Notes: a model not told the origin generated them from the sequence alone. DNA of 64,000 nucleotides from Octopus vulgaris (GCA_951406725.2 OX597830.1:78678001-78742000), one strand, 5' to 3'; positions 40,946-56,137 are shown, counted from the stretch's first letter. Program-made: numbers and translations.

Positions 40946-41259
40946 GGTATCAAATAGCATTCAACATAAATTCTTGATTTGCTAGAATTACCTCCACCTC
41001 GAGTGAATGAATCTTAATTACGAAATGGTAATTGAACCAATTCCATTTGATGAGAGATAAAATCAAGATTCAAAAATTCTTCAAAGTTGATATTCCATTA
41101 GAGAAAAGAGACAGCCTTATTGTTAAGACATAAGAGAACATCCGTAGATAATTGTTTCTACCTCAATAACAGTCATCAGAACGATAACTTTCAATTTCCA
41201 GAAGACAAACGACTTAGATTTATATGAAGAGGAGCAGAACACATTTATGGCCTTTGTAA

Positions 41260-41290
<31 letters not shown>

Positions 41291-41945
41291 CAGTATGCTC
41301 GTGCATGAGAGAGATTTTGCAACCAAGCAGATGCACCCAAGAACGCTGTAAATTATATGTCTTACATAATAAATCAAAGTATTACCATTTCTCTTTGATT
41401 CCATACTTGAGTATCAAGGAATTTGTTTCATTTCAGTTTGGCTGTCGCTATTGATGTTATTTTTGTTTTTTGCTGTTGTTGTTGCGGTTTGTGTTGCTGT
41501 TGTTCCTTTTGTTCGTAACTCTACTAGAACTCAGCAGCCAAATTAGAAAATTCTTTATTCTTGCCTTGCCCTCATCCACATACCTCCCTCTTTTTCTTTT
41601 ACTTCCTCCCATCATCAGCATCTGATGGTCTTCTTTATGACTATAACCATCTCTGCCACCACTTCCACTTCCAACAGCAACACTAACAATAACAACAACA
41701 ACAACGAAATTAACACCGTAGGCACTTTTTTACTCTTTTTACCCTTTCATTTGTTTCAGTCATTTGACTGCGGCCATGCTGGAGCACCGCCTTTAGTCGA
41801 GCAAATCGACCCCAGGACTTATTCTTTGTAAGCCTAGTACTTATTCTATCGGTCTCTTTTGCCGAACCGCTAAGTTACGGGGACGTAAACACACCAGCAT
41901 CGATTGTCAAGCGATGGTGGAGAGGGACAAACACAGACACACAAG

Positions 41946-42090
<145 letters not shown>

Positions 42091-42253
42091 CTAATGTAGG
42101 ATAAAAGGTTAAATTTATAAATAATTTACAATATAAGGGCAAAAGAAAAATTCTAATGCCAAATATGCCGAAAAAAAGACAAAAATTGTCAATAACCATT
42201 TTAATTTGTGCGTCTCGAAACAAACCGATAGAAATTTCTAAAAAATCCGTTAT

Positions 42254-42311
42254 TACCGTATTGATCCAATTTCGGGGTTAATTCATAAGAATTTTCCCCT
42301 CTTCAGCGATA
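42254..42311 (-). ncRNA. Type I hammerhead ribozyme, canonical core
   Basis: Reverse complement of 45261-45318. Confidence 0.85.
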
Positions 42312-42697
42312 AATACGTGAGATATAAGTGAAATACTTACTCATACCCATGGAAAAAGCAAGCACTAAGTCCCTAGCAGACCTAAGTACCCCAGATGCTG
42401 ATGATGGGAGGAAGTAAAAGAAAAAGAGGGAGGTATGTGGATGAGGGCAAGGCAAGAAAAGAGGAAATAAAGAATTTTCTAATTTGGCTGCTGAGTTCTA
42501 GTAGAGTTGCGAACAAAAGGAACGTATTTATCGCTGAATTAACCCCGAAATTGGACCAATACGGTAATAATGGATTTTTTAGAAATTTCTATCGGTTTGT
42601 TTCGAGATGCACAAATTAAAATGGTTATTGACAATTTTTGTCCTTTTTTCGGCATATTTAGCATTAGAATTTTCCTTTTGCCCTTATCTTGTAAATA

Positions 42698-44430
42698 TCT
42701 CTTATTATAAAAGGCAGATTATATCTGCCTCCCTTTGGGAGTTATACAAATCTACAATATAGGATTTCTTCAATTACAATTTACCTAGCATTTTTAAGAG
42801 TACAACGCATCGCGTCATGCCAGGTCCAGTTTTTAAAATTTAAACTCCAATTAAGCAAAATTTACAGAAAACTCACATTCTGGTGTGTGTGTCAAATGCT
42901 TTTCTTAGTCTTGTTTACAGCACACGCAAACGCACACACACAGTGTGCAACGAATAAAGTGAAACTAGATGTAATATTTGTTTCTCTCTATCATGCTGAT
43001 AGATACATGAGTAAAATGTATGGGAAGCTAACAGATAAGAGTGAGTGAAAATGTTCTTGGAAGAGAGTAAATTAGCGACAGTATGAAACAGTGTTTATGT
43101 ATAAACAGACGACACTTATGTAAACCCTTTCGTTACCAAACCGCCCGAATTTACCTATTCATATTTAAATGAGAATATCAGAGTAAATCTCTTTAGTACA
43201 TTCGTGAAAACACGTATTATACTTCGTAAACACTTCAAATACAGTTTTGTACAAAAATCGAAGTGTAATTTTAATTCCGTGAATTATGGGAGATTTTTTT
43301 CCAAAATTTGTTCCTATTGTGTTTTCAAAATTTGTAATTCTGACAAAAAATGGATACGAATTTCATTATATCAAGCAGCGAGTCAGAATTCGAAGGATTT
43401 TCTACTGAAGACCTTCATAAATCTAACTCTATGACTGAAAAAAAAAAGCATCTTTATATAAGAGTGAAGTTGTGTGTCTGTCCCGTTCGATTTAGATTCG
43501 TAACTACTCCCACATTTTGCGGTGCAGTTTAACCAAAAGCGGGTATCTTATAGTCGTGATTCATATCGAGCCCTTCTGGGTATTAGCGCGCGTCTACGAT
43601 GAGTCTACGATTTAAAAAAAATTTACCATCATATTTTTCCATTTTAATGCATTTTTTTCGCTTTTATATAAGGGAAGTAACTCTCTAAAAATATCTACGA
43701 TGTGTCAACGATTTAAAAAAAAAATTTACCTTAATTTTTTTTCAATTTTTAATGCATTTTTTGGCTATTTTTTGGCTATAACTCTCTAAAAATGCTTATA
43801 TAGTTATTTCCCTTACAAACCCGAGCAACGCCGGGCGATACTGCTAGTCTTATGATAAAAGGCAGATTTTCTCTGCCTCTCACATAGTTTGTTTTTAATA
43901 CAATTGTACAATATAGAATTTCTTCAATTGGAATTTACCTATGATTTTTCGAAGTAGATTCCATTGGGTCATGGCATATAAAGTATTTTCAATTTCACCC
44001 CCAATTAAGCAAAAATTCAAGAAAACAAAATATTTTACGATTTGCCTCTCTAATTTCAACTGCTTCACTCCTATTACCACACTTTCACCTACTTTCTCTT
44101 TGCAAGTGTAACGATTTGCATCTCTAATTTCAACTGCTTCACTCCTTCTATTACGACACTTTCTCCTACTTTCTCTTTGCAAGTGTACCTTCAACCACTA
44201 CTCAAAAAAATACACAGGAAACAGAAACAAATAAATACATAACGATTTACTCCTCACACAATTTCTTCAATTGGAATTTACCTATGATTTTTCGAAGTAC
44301 ATTCCATTCTATATGTTATAAATTAAAATTGGTTTTTAATTTACTTTCTGTCGCAAAGTCTTGGTAGTATTAATTTGCGAGCGTACTTCAGTTGTCAATT
44401 GTTGAAAGAAAGAAATTGTAAGCTAAGAAG

Positions 44431-44463
<33 letters not shown>

Positions 44464-44567
44464 TGTGTGTGTGTGTCTGTGTGTGTGTGAGTGTGTGTGT
44501 GTGTGCGTGTAGGAAGTGAAGGATAAAAATATGGCAAGAAGTGGACAGATGTACATATATACATACA

Positions 44568-44598
<31 letters not shown>

Positions 44599-44979
44599 TA
44601 ATGTGTGTTACCTCTCTCTATATAAAGCTGAAGTTGTATGTGTGCGCCAGGTTTGGTAACCTTCAACTAACACTATCTCCTCCGAGACCCTACGGTGCAA
44701 GTTGACCAAAATTGAGAGTATGATAGAATAAGGGTTGCTCTTCCTTCCGTAGAAGATAAAATTCAAATCGGACCATGTTAACACTAAAGATTATTTACAT
44801 GAAAATCCCTATTTTTTACGATTTTTCACTGCTGTATCGCCACTTTTCGGTGTATTTCAACCAGAAAAATGTTCACTTGAAGAGAATAACAAGCTACATA
44901 ATGCAAAATTTTTACTTTTCAAAAATTCCAATTCCTGCGGGTCGAAAAAAACCTGAGAAACGCCGGGCGATACTGCTAG
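42698..44979 (+). mobile_element. Tandem composite Helitrons (42698-43847 and 43848-44979)
   Basis: Related 5' ends TCTTAT(T/G)ATAAAAGGCAGATTT near 42698 and 43848; internal units 43451-43847 and 44612-44979 each end hairpin + CTAG. Confidence 0.7.
43121..43450 (+). mobile_element. Possible piggyBac-like left-end fragment
   Basis: TAAA-CCCTTTCGTTACC terminus, followed by acidic start MDTNFIISSSESEFEGFSTEDL. Confidence 0.35.
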
Positions 44980-45260
44980 CTATTTACAAATTTAACCTTT
45001 AAAGGTATTTTATGATATGCTGGCCATTGATAAAAATTTTTCCGGGAAAAAAATTTTATCCTACATTAGTTATAAATTGAATAGTGTTCACTTCCGGAAT
45101 CTCTCACTCTGTGAAAGTTTCAAGTTCGAGTCACACGTATTTCGAGATGTGCCGAAGATTTTCTATTTTGGATATATTTGGGGTACTTAGGTCTGCTAGG
45201 GACTTAGTGCTTGCTTTTTCCATGGGTATGAGTAAGTATTTCACTTATATCTCACGTATT

Positions 45261-45318
45261 TATCGCTGAAGAGGGGAAAATTCTTATGAATTAACCCCGA
45301 AATTGGATCAATACGGTA
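45261..45318 (+). ncRNA. Type I hammerhead ribozyme, canonical core, predicted cut after AUA 45313
   Basis: TATCG-CTGAAGA-GGGG aa AATTC ttat GAATT aa CCCC-GAAA-TTG gat CAA-TA-CGGTA. Confidence 0.88.
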
Positions 45319-46351
45319 ATAACGGATTTTTTAGAAATTTCTATTGGTTTGTTTCGAGACGCACAAATTAAAATGGTTATTGACAAAATTTTGTCTTTTT
45401 TTCAGCATATTTGGCATTAGAATTTTTCTTTTCGCCCTTATCTTGTAAATTATATATATAAATAGATATAGATATATACGTATATACATATATACATATA
45501 TACACACACATATATGTATACATATATACGACGGGCTTCTCTCAGTTTCCGTCTACCAAATCCACTCACAAGGCTTTGGTCGGCCCGAGGCTATAGTAGA
45601 AGACACTTGCCCAAGGTACTACGCAGTGGGACTGAGCCCGAAACCACGTGGTTGGTAAGCAAGCTACTTACCACACAGCCACTCCTGCGCCTGTTCATGT
45701 CTTTCTTGTTCATATCTCTCATACTATTTTTTCGTATCATTGTAGTTGTAACTATTCTTATTGTTCTTCACGTTGTCGTCATCACTATAATAGATAATGC
45801 CTTCATTACTGTTGTTTTCGTTGTTGCTCTTGTTAATATTCGTGTTGTTCTGATTACTATATATAGTCTTGTCAGTAATGTTTTTTCTTGCTGTTGCTTT
45901 TGTCGTGACTGTCTTTATTGTTGTTGTCGTTGTTGCTGTTGTAGCTGTTAATATTTTCGATTACCGTTCGTTTGTTTTCAATCTTCCTGTAAATAATCCC
46001 ACACATCCAAGAATATCGTCTGCCGGCGTCATATCAAATATAAGTTATTTGTTATCTGATAGCTAAGCGATATCTATTCATCGATGTATTTAAATATGTC
46101 ACTGACCGTCTATTTATGTGCCTATTTCTCTATAAAACGCATACATAATATATATATATATATATATATACACTGTTTATAGTCAGTGTCAATATTCGTG
46201 TGAAACTATCTATAAGATATTATTTATATCGCGTTAATGACTAAACACTCATGTTCACATACACACACAAACATAAACACACCACACATACAGAGATACA
46301 TATATATAAGTACGTGTGTAAGTATATTTGTATGTATGTATGTATGTATGC

Positions 46352-46382
<31 letters not shown>

Positions 46383-46410
46383 CATGTATGTATGTATGTA
46401 TGTATGTTAT

Positions 46411-46966
46411 GTCAGGTCACTTTCGAGTGCTGCCGGTAACATGTAACCCAGTACAACCTGTTGCATGGTCGGGTCGTCGGCGACTAAACCGGCAACCCCA
46501 CCAAGCTTGCTTGGTGAGGAGGGTGTTTATTGGACACCCTGCGGGATTAAAAACAAAACCCGTCAAAGGGCGGAGGAACTCTTGAGAGTCAACGGCCATC
46601 CAATAAATGTCTTAAGGCTGTATCATGCGTGGAGACATAGAAATAATCGGACTGAATACCCGATCGCGCGGTTAAACCATTGGGAGTAAAGGACTCCTAG
46701 CCTTTGTTAGGGCATCCTTCTAGGAGAAGGTAACTCAGGTAACTGGGATAACTCCGACTTAAAACCTGCGGCTCAGTAGTTACCGATGACGTTGACTTGT
46801 TCTTCTTTTCGGATTATGGCTGCTGTTGCTTAGTGAGTGGGATTGACTCAGTGCACAGCCTTTCCTCACTTAAAAAAAAATCTTTTTGCACAGGTATTGC
46901 ACGATAACAACATTGATTAAGCTTCGTGCAATGGCCATACTCGATAATGAGGGGGCAGCCGCCATG
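46411..46966 (+). mobile_element. Non-autonomous RTE derivative (structured 5' UTR fused to LINE 3' end)
   Basis: Last ~50 nt (TTAAGCTTCGTGCAATGGCCATACTCGA..) match the 3' UTR after the zinc-finger ORF at 49510-49558; no ORF in between. Confidence 0.7.
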
Positions 46967-46990
46967 TGTGTATGTATGTATGCATGCATG

Positions 46991-47362
46991 CAAGCGAGAA
47001 TCGGGAACGTGGAAATACCTGGGTTAGCGTCGATGCGCACGGTTGGCCCATTGAGAGTGGGAGACCTTTCTGTTGTTGTCACAGCATCTCTCTAGGAGTG
47101 AAAAACTCTGAGAGAAAACCTGCGACACTGAAAATATTCGATGATGTCGATTAGTTCTTTACGAATTTATATTGTCCATGTTCAGAGAGTGGGGTTGGAT
47201 TTGTGCAAATCCTTTCCCCCACTATAAAAAAATCATCTTGCACACAGGCATCGCTTGAAAAAAGTAAGGCCCATCTCAAAAATGGCTGATCGTAGCCTTC
47301 GCATGTGTGAGACTTTCGATCAGGCGATGGCAATACTCGAACGCGAGTTTGCACCCATCATC
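46991..47362 (+). mobile_element. Second, diverged RTE-derived element
   Basis: Motifs colinear with 46660-46966 (TCTAGGAG..AACTC, AAAACCTGCG, CGATGA, ATGGC.ATACTCGA). Confidence 0.6.
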
Positions 47363-47397
47363 CTCGGAAGAATATTTGCATGGACATATATATAAAC

Positions 47398-47484
<87 letters not shown>

Positions 47485-47846
47485 TGTGTGTGTCTGTGTA
47501 TATGTGTGTGTGTATGAAGGCGCATGGTCTAGTGGTTAGAGTGTTGACCTCATGATCAAGAAGACTCGGTTTCCATTCTTGGATCGAAAGACAAGTTTCG
47601 AATAAGGCACATGATTTCATGTTACTTCAACTAACTCAACTGAAAATGAGGATCAGTCAAGTACTGATCCACCCCTGTTTCTCCCCAACTGTGTGTGTGT
47701 GTACCCCCCCCCCCCGCATGTGTGTGTATGTGTTGACATCCGCGTGTGTGTGTGAGTGCTTGTGTGTGTGTGTGTGTGTGTGTGAGTGCTTGTGTGTGTG
47801 TGTGAGTGCTTGTGTGTGTGTGTGAGTGCTTGTGTGTGTGTGTATG

Positions 47847-47909
<63 letters not shown>

Positions 47910-48249
47910 GTAAATATATGTATATATTAATGTGTCTGCATATGTGTGTGCGTGTGTATGAGTGTGTGTGTGTGTGCTGACTGATCTTATATATGTAGAT
48001 ATGAACTGATAAATCATTTGTGTATCGATGTACTGTGATTGTGTTTGTGTTTGATATTTTGATGCAGCAAGCGACAATGTCTCACTCTTGTCTTTTGTCT
48101 TCAAATAGATCGTCAGACATATTGGCGCAATTACAGTTATAGACACATAAACAGACTCTCACACACGCACATAGAGACAACAATAGAAACACGTACTCAT
48201 GCGCACAAACGCACATATACATACATACACGTATGTATGTATCTGTGTA

Positions 48250-48445
48250 CTACACGCATTTTTCTCTCCTTGTTTCTCTCCTTGTTTTTTTATGTGTATC
48301 TTTCTATCGAAGAGCGTAGGCTCGAAACGTAAAATACTTTTTCTATTCCTGAACGCTATACTAATATATTTGTTTGTTTGTACTCCAGCTGCCTTCGTCT
48401 TTTGTTTATTTTCGTAAACTTTCCCTTTATAATAAAAGAAAAAAT
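48250..48445 (+). mobile_element. Short pLTR-like element, same family as 37461-37725
   Basis: TCTTT-CTATCGA-A-GAGC gtag GCTC-GAAA-CG-TA-AAATA at 48299-48336. Confidence 0.55.
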
Positions 48446-48462
48446 ATATATATGTATGTATG

Positions 48463-48496
<34 letters not shown>

Positions 48497-48839
48497 TGTA
48501 TGTATGTATGTATGTATGTATGTATGTATGTATGTATGTATTGCATATACAAAAACACACATGTATAGAGAGTAAAGACAAGCATAAAATGAAAACACTC
48601 TGATTCAAAAGAATAAAGTAACAGGAGTTGAAATATCAAATGAAATGTAAAGAAGGAAGGAGTGAATAGTGTAAGTGGGGGATTAAGAGGCTAGAAATCG
48701 ATGCTGGGGATGTCGTAGAAATTCTGCAACAATTACGTCTTACTCTTTCCGTAGGTATGGCAAGGAAGAGAATCCTGATGTCTCACATGTGATCTTCCAG
48801 TAGCAACCCTTTCCAACCAAGGGTTGACTATAGTCCGTC

Positions 48840-49207
48840 ATCTTCCACATAACCATCTGAATTGAGCCCTGTTCAAAGATGTGGGGATCAATTTCCGCAT
48901 GTGAACGCAATCAGAGCCCCTCCTATTTCCCTTCGTAGTTTCCGCTGAAGCTGTCCTTGTCACGTTTTGCACGGTATTTACAGAGCATTGAATAGCAGTC
49001 ATGATTTCGGAATTTTGGCACTCGAAGCGAATCATTTTGATACATGTAGCTGTTTTCCGATATTCAGATGGTTTCAGGTCATCCACTAACTTTTTTCTCA
49101 ACTACAAGTTTAATCTTTATATGCTGTTGACTGATCACCATTACATGAAGCAGTTCCTGAAAAAAAGAGACATAAAAATCTGTCAAGTTTAACCCGAAAA
49201 CCATGTA
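48840..49207 (-). pseudogene. Possible Tc1/mariner 5' remnant (HTH region)
   Basis: NSEIMTAIQCSVNTVQNV resembles an HTH; TA-CATGGTTTTCGG terminus. Confidence 0.3.
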
Positions 49208-49223
49208 TGTATATATATATGTA

Positions 49224-49558
49224 TGTAGCTGGACTCAAGAGTCATCTTCGTAGTCATAAAGCGAGACAGATGAGTGACAACCTGATCACTGATGGTGGTG
49301 TAACACACCATACTAATCATATCTGTCGGGCATGTGGAAGAGAGTGTAATTCGGCAGGAGGACTTAAACGACATGCAAAGGTACATGAAGCCCAGTTACA
49401 ACTACAGCCGGTTATTACCAGTAAAGATCTTAGTTGCCAATTTTGTACAAGACATTGTAGATCTTTAGCTGGGCTAAAAAGCCACATTCGATCACAGCAC
49501 CAGTAACAGTTAAGCTTCGTGCAATGGCCATACTCGAAAACGAGGGGCCAGCCATCAT
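49224..49558 (+). pseudogene. 5'-truncated RTE-clade LINE end encoding tandem C2H2 zinc fingers
   Basis: AGLKSHLRSH, CRACGRECNSAGGLKRHAKVH, CQFCTRHCRSLAGLKSHIRSQH*, then a short 3' UTR and a (TATG)-like tail. Confidence 0.7.
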
Positions 49559-50120
49559 GTGTATGTATATGTGTACACATAGCTGTGTGTGTATGTGTGT
49601 GTGTGTGTGTATGAAAAAGCGAGTGTGATTCAATAATGTACCATGCATTCTCTAATTGCTTTAGATGCCTATGTTGTTACGAGCAGACAAAATGACAGTC
49701 ATGTCCATTTGACTCTTGACCCGTCCGATCACCGACAAAGTGACATCGAGGGATATGAAATCGTACCAGCACCAAACTGGTATTCATTTTCAGCGGAGTG
49801 AACTGGAACAGTAAGAAATGAATTTACTTTCTCAAGAACATAACGCGCAGCCGATCCAGGAAGCGAATAGACGATCTTAAAATTCGTAAGCGGAACACCA
49901 ACACTACGAGACCACTTGAAGTAAAACACACTCATGCACACGCATAGAATACACACATATACGCACACGCACATGAACGCATAGACACCGGGCCCGCACT
50001 CACACATAGGCGTAGATATATGAGGAAGGAGAGCAGTTTCGCTTATACATAAACATATAGATAGAAATAAGCATATATACGTGAGCCTCTATGTTTGTAG
50101 GTAGGTAGGTAGGTAGGTTT

Positions 50121-50197
<77 letters not shown>

Positions 50198-50199
<2 letters not shown>

Positions 50200-50335
50200 T
50201 GTTTCTTTATTAGCAACACAGGGCTGAACACAGAGGGGACAAATTACAAAGTAGAGCTTTTCTTTTGGGGGAGAAATAAAGTGGGGGTAGGTCTTCGATC
50301 AAAAGGGATCGTAAAAAAAGAAAGAAAAAAGAAGA
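50198..50335 (-). mobile_element. Short Tx1-like LINE 3' end in (GATA)n
   Basis: Homologous to 23449-23580. Confidence 0.65.
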
Positions 50336-50379
50336 TAAATAGATATGTAGGTAGGTAGGTAGGTAGGTAGGTAGGTAGG

Positions 50380-50460
<81 letters not shown>

Positions 50461-50529
50461 GTCAAAAGTAAAGAAGAATGCTTCTTAGCGTACATAGATT
50501 GTTGCTGTATCGGCAAAAATAACAACACC

Positions 50530-50564
<35 letters not shown>

Positions 50565-50583
50565 CAACAACAACAACAACAGC

Positions 50584-50656
<73 letters not shown>

Positions 50657-51109
50657 GCAACAGCACTAATAATGATTGTAATAACAATAAGAAGAAGAAA
50701 GGATGAAGGGAGCCGGTGCTATCTGTTACCAGTAAGCAGTATCAATTGACAAGAAGTACGTAATCATAGTTAATGTCTTTATAAGGCTTTTACAGATCGG
50801 CTAATGGTGGTCTCTAACCAGAGAAGAACGACTGATATGGATTGATAGTGACGTCTATAGCTTCATAGACCGCATTCATAAGAAGCTTGCTAATAAGTTA
50901 AATGTCACAGGAGAAATGCTTGAGAAGGATAAGGCCTTTAGGTACATAACGGCAACAACAACAACAACAAAGACGTAAGCAACAATACCGACAATAACTA
51001 CAACAATAACAATGGCAGAAGGCTAAGTGAGTGCGAACCTGCGAAATATTTGGTACCAAGTAATTTATGTCTCTCCCCCTCTCTCTCCTCCGCTCTCTTT
51101 CTGCCTCGT

Positions 51110-51144
<35 letters not shown>

Positions 51145-51429
51145 CCCTCTCTCTCTCTCTCTCTCTCACTCTCTCTCCCTCACGTATACACGCGCACTTG
51201 CACACACAGGCGCGCACGCAAACACTTATGTGTATGTGCGTGCATGAGTGTTTGTATATGTATACATATATGAATAAAGATATATATATATACATATCAA
51301 TACATAAATACATGTATGTATATATATTCATGCATCTATGTATACATGTGTATACGCATGCGTATGCGCATTATAATATCTTATATTATATTATATTATA
51401 TTATATTATATTATATCATATTATATTAT

Positions 51430-52365
<936 letters not shown>

Positions 52366-52371
52366 ATTATA

Positions 52372-52610
52372 CGTGGAGGCGCGTGGCTTAGTGGTTAGGG
52401 TGTTGAAGTCATGATCGCAAGGTCGTGGTTTCGATTCCTGGACCGGGTGATGCGTTGTGTTCTTGAGCAAAACACTGTTCCAGTCCATCCAGCTGTCAAA
52501 AATGAGTAATCCTGAGACGGACCGGCGTCCCATCCAGGTGGGGAATGTCTACACCACTGAAACCGGGAAACCGGCCCTTATGAGCCTGGCATGGCCCGAG
52601 AAGGAACATT
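52372..52610 (+). mobile_element. tRNA-derived SINE (family C-like head; shorter copy at 47516-47670)
   Basis: A box TGGCTTAGTGG, B box GGTTTCGATTCC, (ATT)n tail. Confidence 0.7.
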
Positions 52611-52724
52611 ATTATTATATTTATTACATTTTTAATGTCCATAAGGATGTAAATAAAAGAAAAAACGATGACGTGCTTCTTAGTGGTTACATAACAAATA
52701 GATATTTAAAAAATATATGCATTA

Positions 52725-52909
52725 GGCGCAGGAGTGGTTGTGTGGTAAGTAGCTTGCTAACCAACCACATGGTTCCGAGTTCAGTCCCACTGCGTGGCAT
52801 CTTGGGCAAGTGTCTTCTGCTATAGCCCCGGGCCGACCAATGCCTTGTGAGTGGATTTCGTAGACGGAAACTGAAAGAAGCCTGTCGTATATATGTATAT
52901 ATATACATA

Positions 52910-52940
<31 letters not shown>

Positions 52941-53135
52941 CTGTGTGTCTGTGTTTGTCCCCCTAGCATTGCTTGACAACCGATGCTGGTGTGTTTACGT
53001 CCCCGTCACTTAGCGGTTCGGCAAAAGAGACCGATAGAATAAGTACTGGGCTTACAAAGAATAAGTCCCGTGGTCGATTTGCTCGACTAAAGGCGGTGCT
53101 CCAGCATGGCCGCAGTCAAATGACTGAAACAAGCA
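52725..53135 (+). mobile_element. SINE family B, full length (inverted tail fragment at 53278-53435)
   Basis: Complete head-core-microsatellite-tail order. Confidence 0.88.
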
Positions 53136-53446
53136 AAAAAAAAAAATTAGAATGAAATACATCACTGCTACCACGATGGAACACATAAGAACACAGTTCT
53201 CCAGCAACGAAATGCAGGGAAATGCAGCAACGAAATGCAGAGGGAAAGGTCAAATAAAACAAGAAATACATATATACTTTTATTCTTTTACTTGTTTCAG
53301 TCATTTGACTGTGGCCATACTGGAGCACCTCCTTTAGTCGAATCAAATCGACCCCAGGACTTATTCTTTGTAAGCCTAGTATTTATTCTATCGGTCACTT
53401 ATGCGATGTTGGTGGGGACAAACACCGATACACACTGTATACATAC

Positions 53447-53503
<57 letters not shown>

Positions 53504-54222
53504 TATATACAGACATATACATACTTACGTAATATTTATTAAAGCTAAAAAAAGTCTTTATAAACTGTAACTCAGATTTTCACGTGACCATTTGTCGGCA
53601 GTTTTATATATATATATATATTATACATATATATATATATAAACATACATACATATATACATTACATATATATGTATAAATATGCATAATTATATAAATG
53701 TACATACACCCACAACCACACACGTATGTATGTACGTATGTATGTATGTATGTATGTATGTATGTATGTATGTATGCATGTATGTATACTCATACACTCT
53801 TGTATAGGCGCATATGAGCATTCGTGCTTGCGCACATATATCTATATCCCTACACACACACACACACACACACATACACACACACACACATACACACACA
53901 CATACTCACACACACATACACACACATACTCACACACACACACACATACACATATATGTATATCAAAATATTATTGCTATTTGGCTCCGATAGATCTGGC
54001 AGCAGGCAACTTTCCGATTCCTCAATAATTATCATCCAATCATATTTCGAAATAAAGATTCACCCGTCACGACCTGCTTCTATTTAATGTCTGTCCTGGA
54101 GTCAAGAGAACAGCCATGTTCTCGCTTGTTCTGCCTTTCATCGCTGACCTTTCAACTCCTCAACGGGTAGAGAAATAAATGAACACATAAATGAATAAGA
54201 CTGACAGACAGACAGCCAGACA

Positions 54223-54371
<149 letters not shown>

Positions 54372-56137
54372 CTTATAAACCAAAACAGCACCAAAAACTC
54401 CATGTAGAATGCAGCAGGATTTGGAAATATAGAGACACTATCTGAACGTTTACACTACATGTTTATGCCATATACTACGTCGATTTGTATGCCGGAAAAT
54501 ACGATAGGACAATACTATATTATGCATAACAATGTTGTAGAGAGGAATACGTTACTGTGCAAAACAATACTAAAGAGTACAATTCTATAGCATACTTTAC
54601 AATGTGGTGACCGTACAATACTGTACAATGTTATACAATACAATATTGTAAAATGTTTTAGTGGATTTGTTCATTAATTTCTTCAATATTAGTTAGACTG
54701 CGGGCGAAAGTGAAAATTAGCCCGTTAACATATATAGATATATTATGTGTGCGTGTGAATGTGTGTGTGTGTGTGTGTAAGTTTCCATACTTTTTATTAC
54801 TCGGTACGTTTTCGCTTACATATGTACAACAATTATTTGAATAAAAATTAAACAGTATACAAGATGCAGTGAATGTGGTGGTAAAAGGTTTCATTGCATA
54901 AAATATTTTACATATTTATATAAAAATCGCTCATGGTTCTTAAAAAACAAAACACAGAAAGTTGAAAAAGTCAGAATTCATTATTATGAAATCGATCGAA
55001 AGGGTTTTGTATAGTAGCTGAGGTTGTTCTGGTTGGGAATTCAGTATCTCAAGTTTTTAAGACATTCAGTCAAAACTTCTAGAACCTTCGACGGGACTGA
55101 TTGGATAACACACCAACCGATCTAATTGGTCGAAGAAGGTCCACGTAAGCGTTAATGTTTTTTATGGTAAACACATTTAATTTCTCGTAACTAGCCTTTA
55201 CTTTTATTGGCAATATAGCGAATTTAAGGGAGATGGTTCGATACTTGGCAAAAGCCTCGCTGCATTACAATACCATACAATAAAGTACAGTTCTGAACAT
55301 AATGCAATAGAGTACACAAGAGCACAATACAATGTAAATACAGTACACAGTATTACAGTACAGGACAATACAATGCGACGCACAGAGAGCAGTATAATAG
55401 AGAGCATCATAATGTTACAATATAGTACAACAGAAATACAGTATTCACAATAAATATGACACGGTAAAGCAGTACACTGTACAATATGATACGGTGCACC
55501 ACAGTGCAATAGATTTAAGCGTAATGCAACACAATACAACACTGTATTACACAGAATAATACAATATTGCATATTATACTATAATATAGTATAATACAAT
55601 ACAGAAAAATATATAGTGTAGCAAGCGAAAAGGTTTAGTTTCCGCTAACTAACATGGCGTCATTATTCTCTCTTTAAGTATGATGGATGGTTGAAATATG
55701 GCGGTGTCTTTAGTTTACAATCTGTTGCGTCTAATGACCTTATGCTAAATACAACGTACGTTTGTGTGGTGGATGGTGTATGGCTCGCTGTATGCATGTG
55801 TGGGTGTTTGTTTGTTTGTGTGTGTGTGTGTGTGTATGTGAGTGTATGTGTGCATATGTGTGTGTGTGTATGTGTGAGAGAGAATGTGAATGGTAGTACT
55901 TATGTGTGAGTGTTTTTGTGCATGCGCATTTGTGTGTGAGTGTTTATGTTAGTGGTCGTATGTATGGGGAACGGAGTGTCCATCTGAATTCGTATATATA
56001 TATATCTATATATGTGTGTATTTGTGTCTGTGCCTGCATGCTTGTGCATAAGTATATATACGTATGTATGTGAGTGTCTCTCTCTCACTTTCTCTCCTCC
56101 TCTCTCTCTCTCCACTCTCTCTTTCTCTCTCTGTATG

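Noticed and set aside
46685-46745. Twister or pistol ribozyme
   Set aside because: The required P4/L4 or pistol core elements could not be assembled.
49207-49506. Host C2H2 zinc-finger gene
   Set aside because: Start lies in a microsatellite, no TGEKP linkers, and the 3' UTR is shared with retroposon copies; better explained as an RTE C-terminus.
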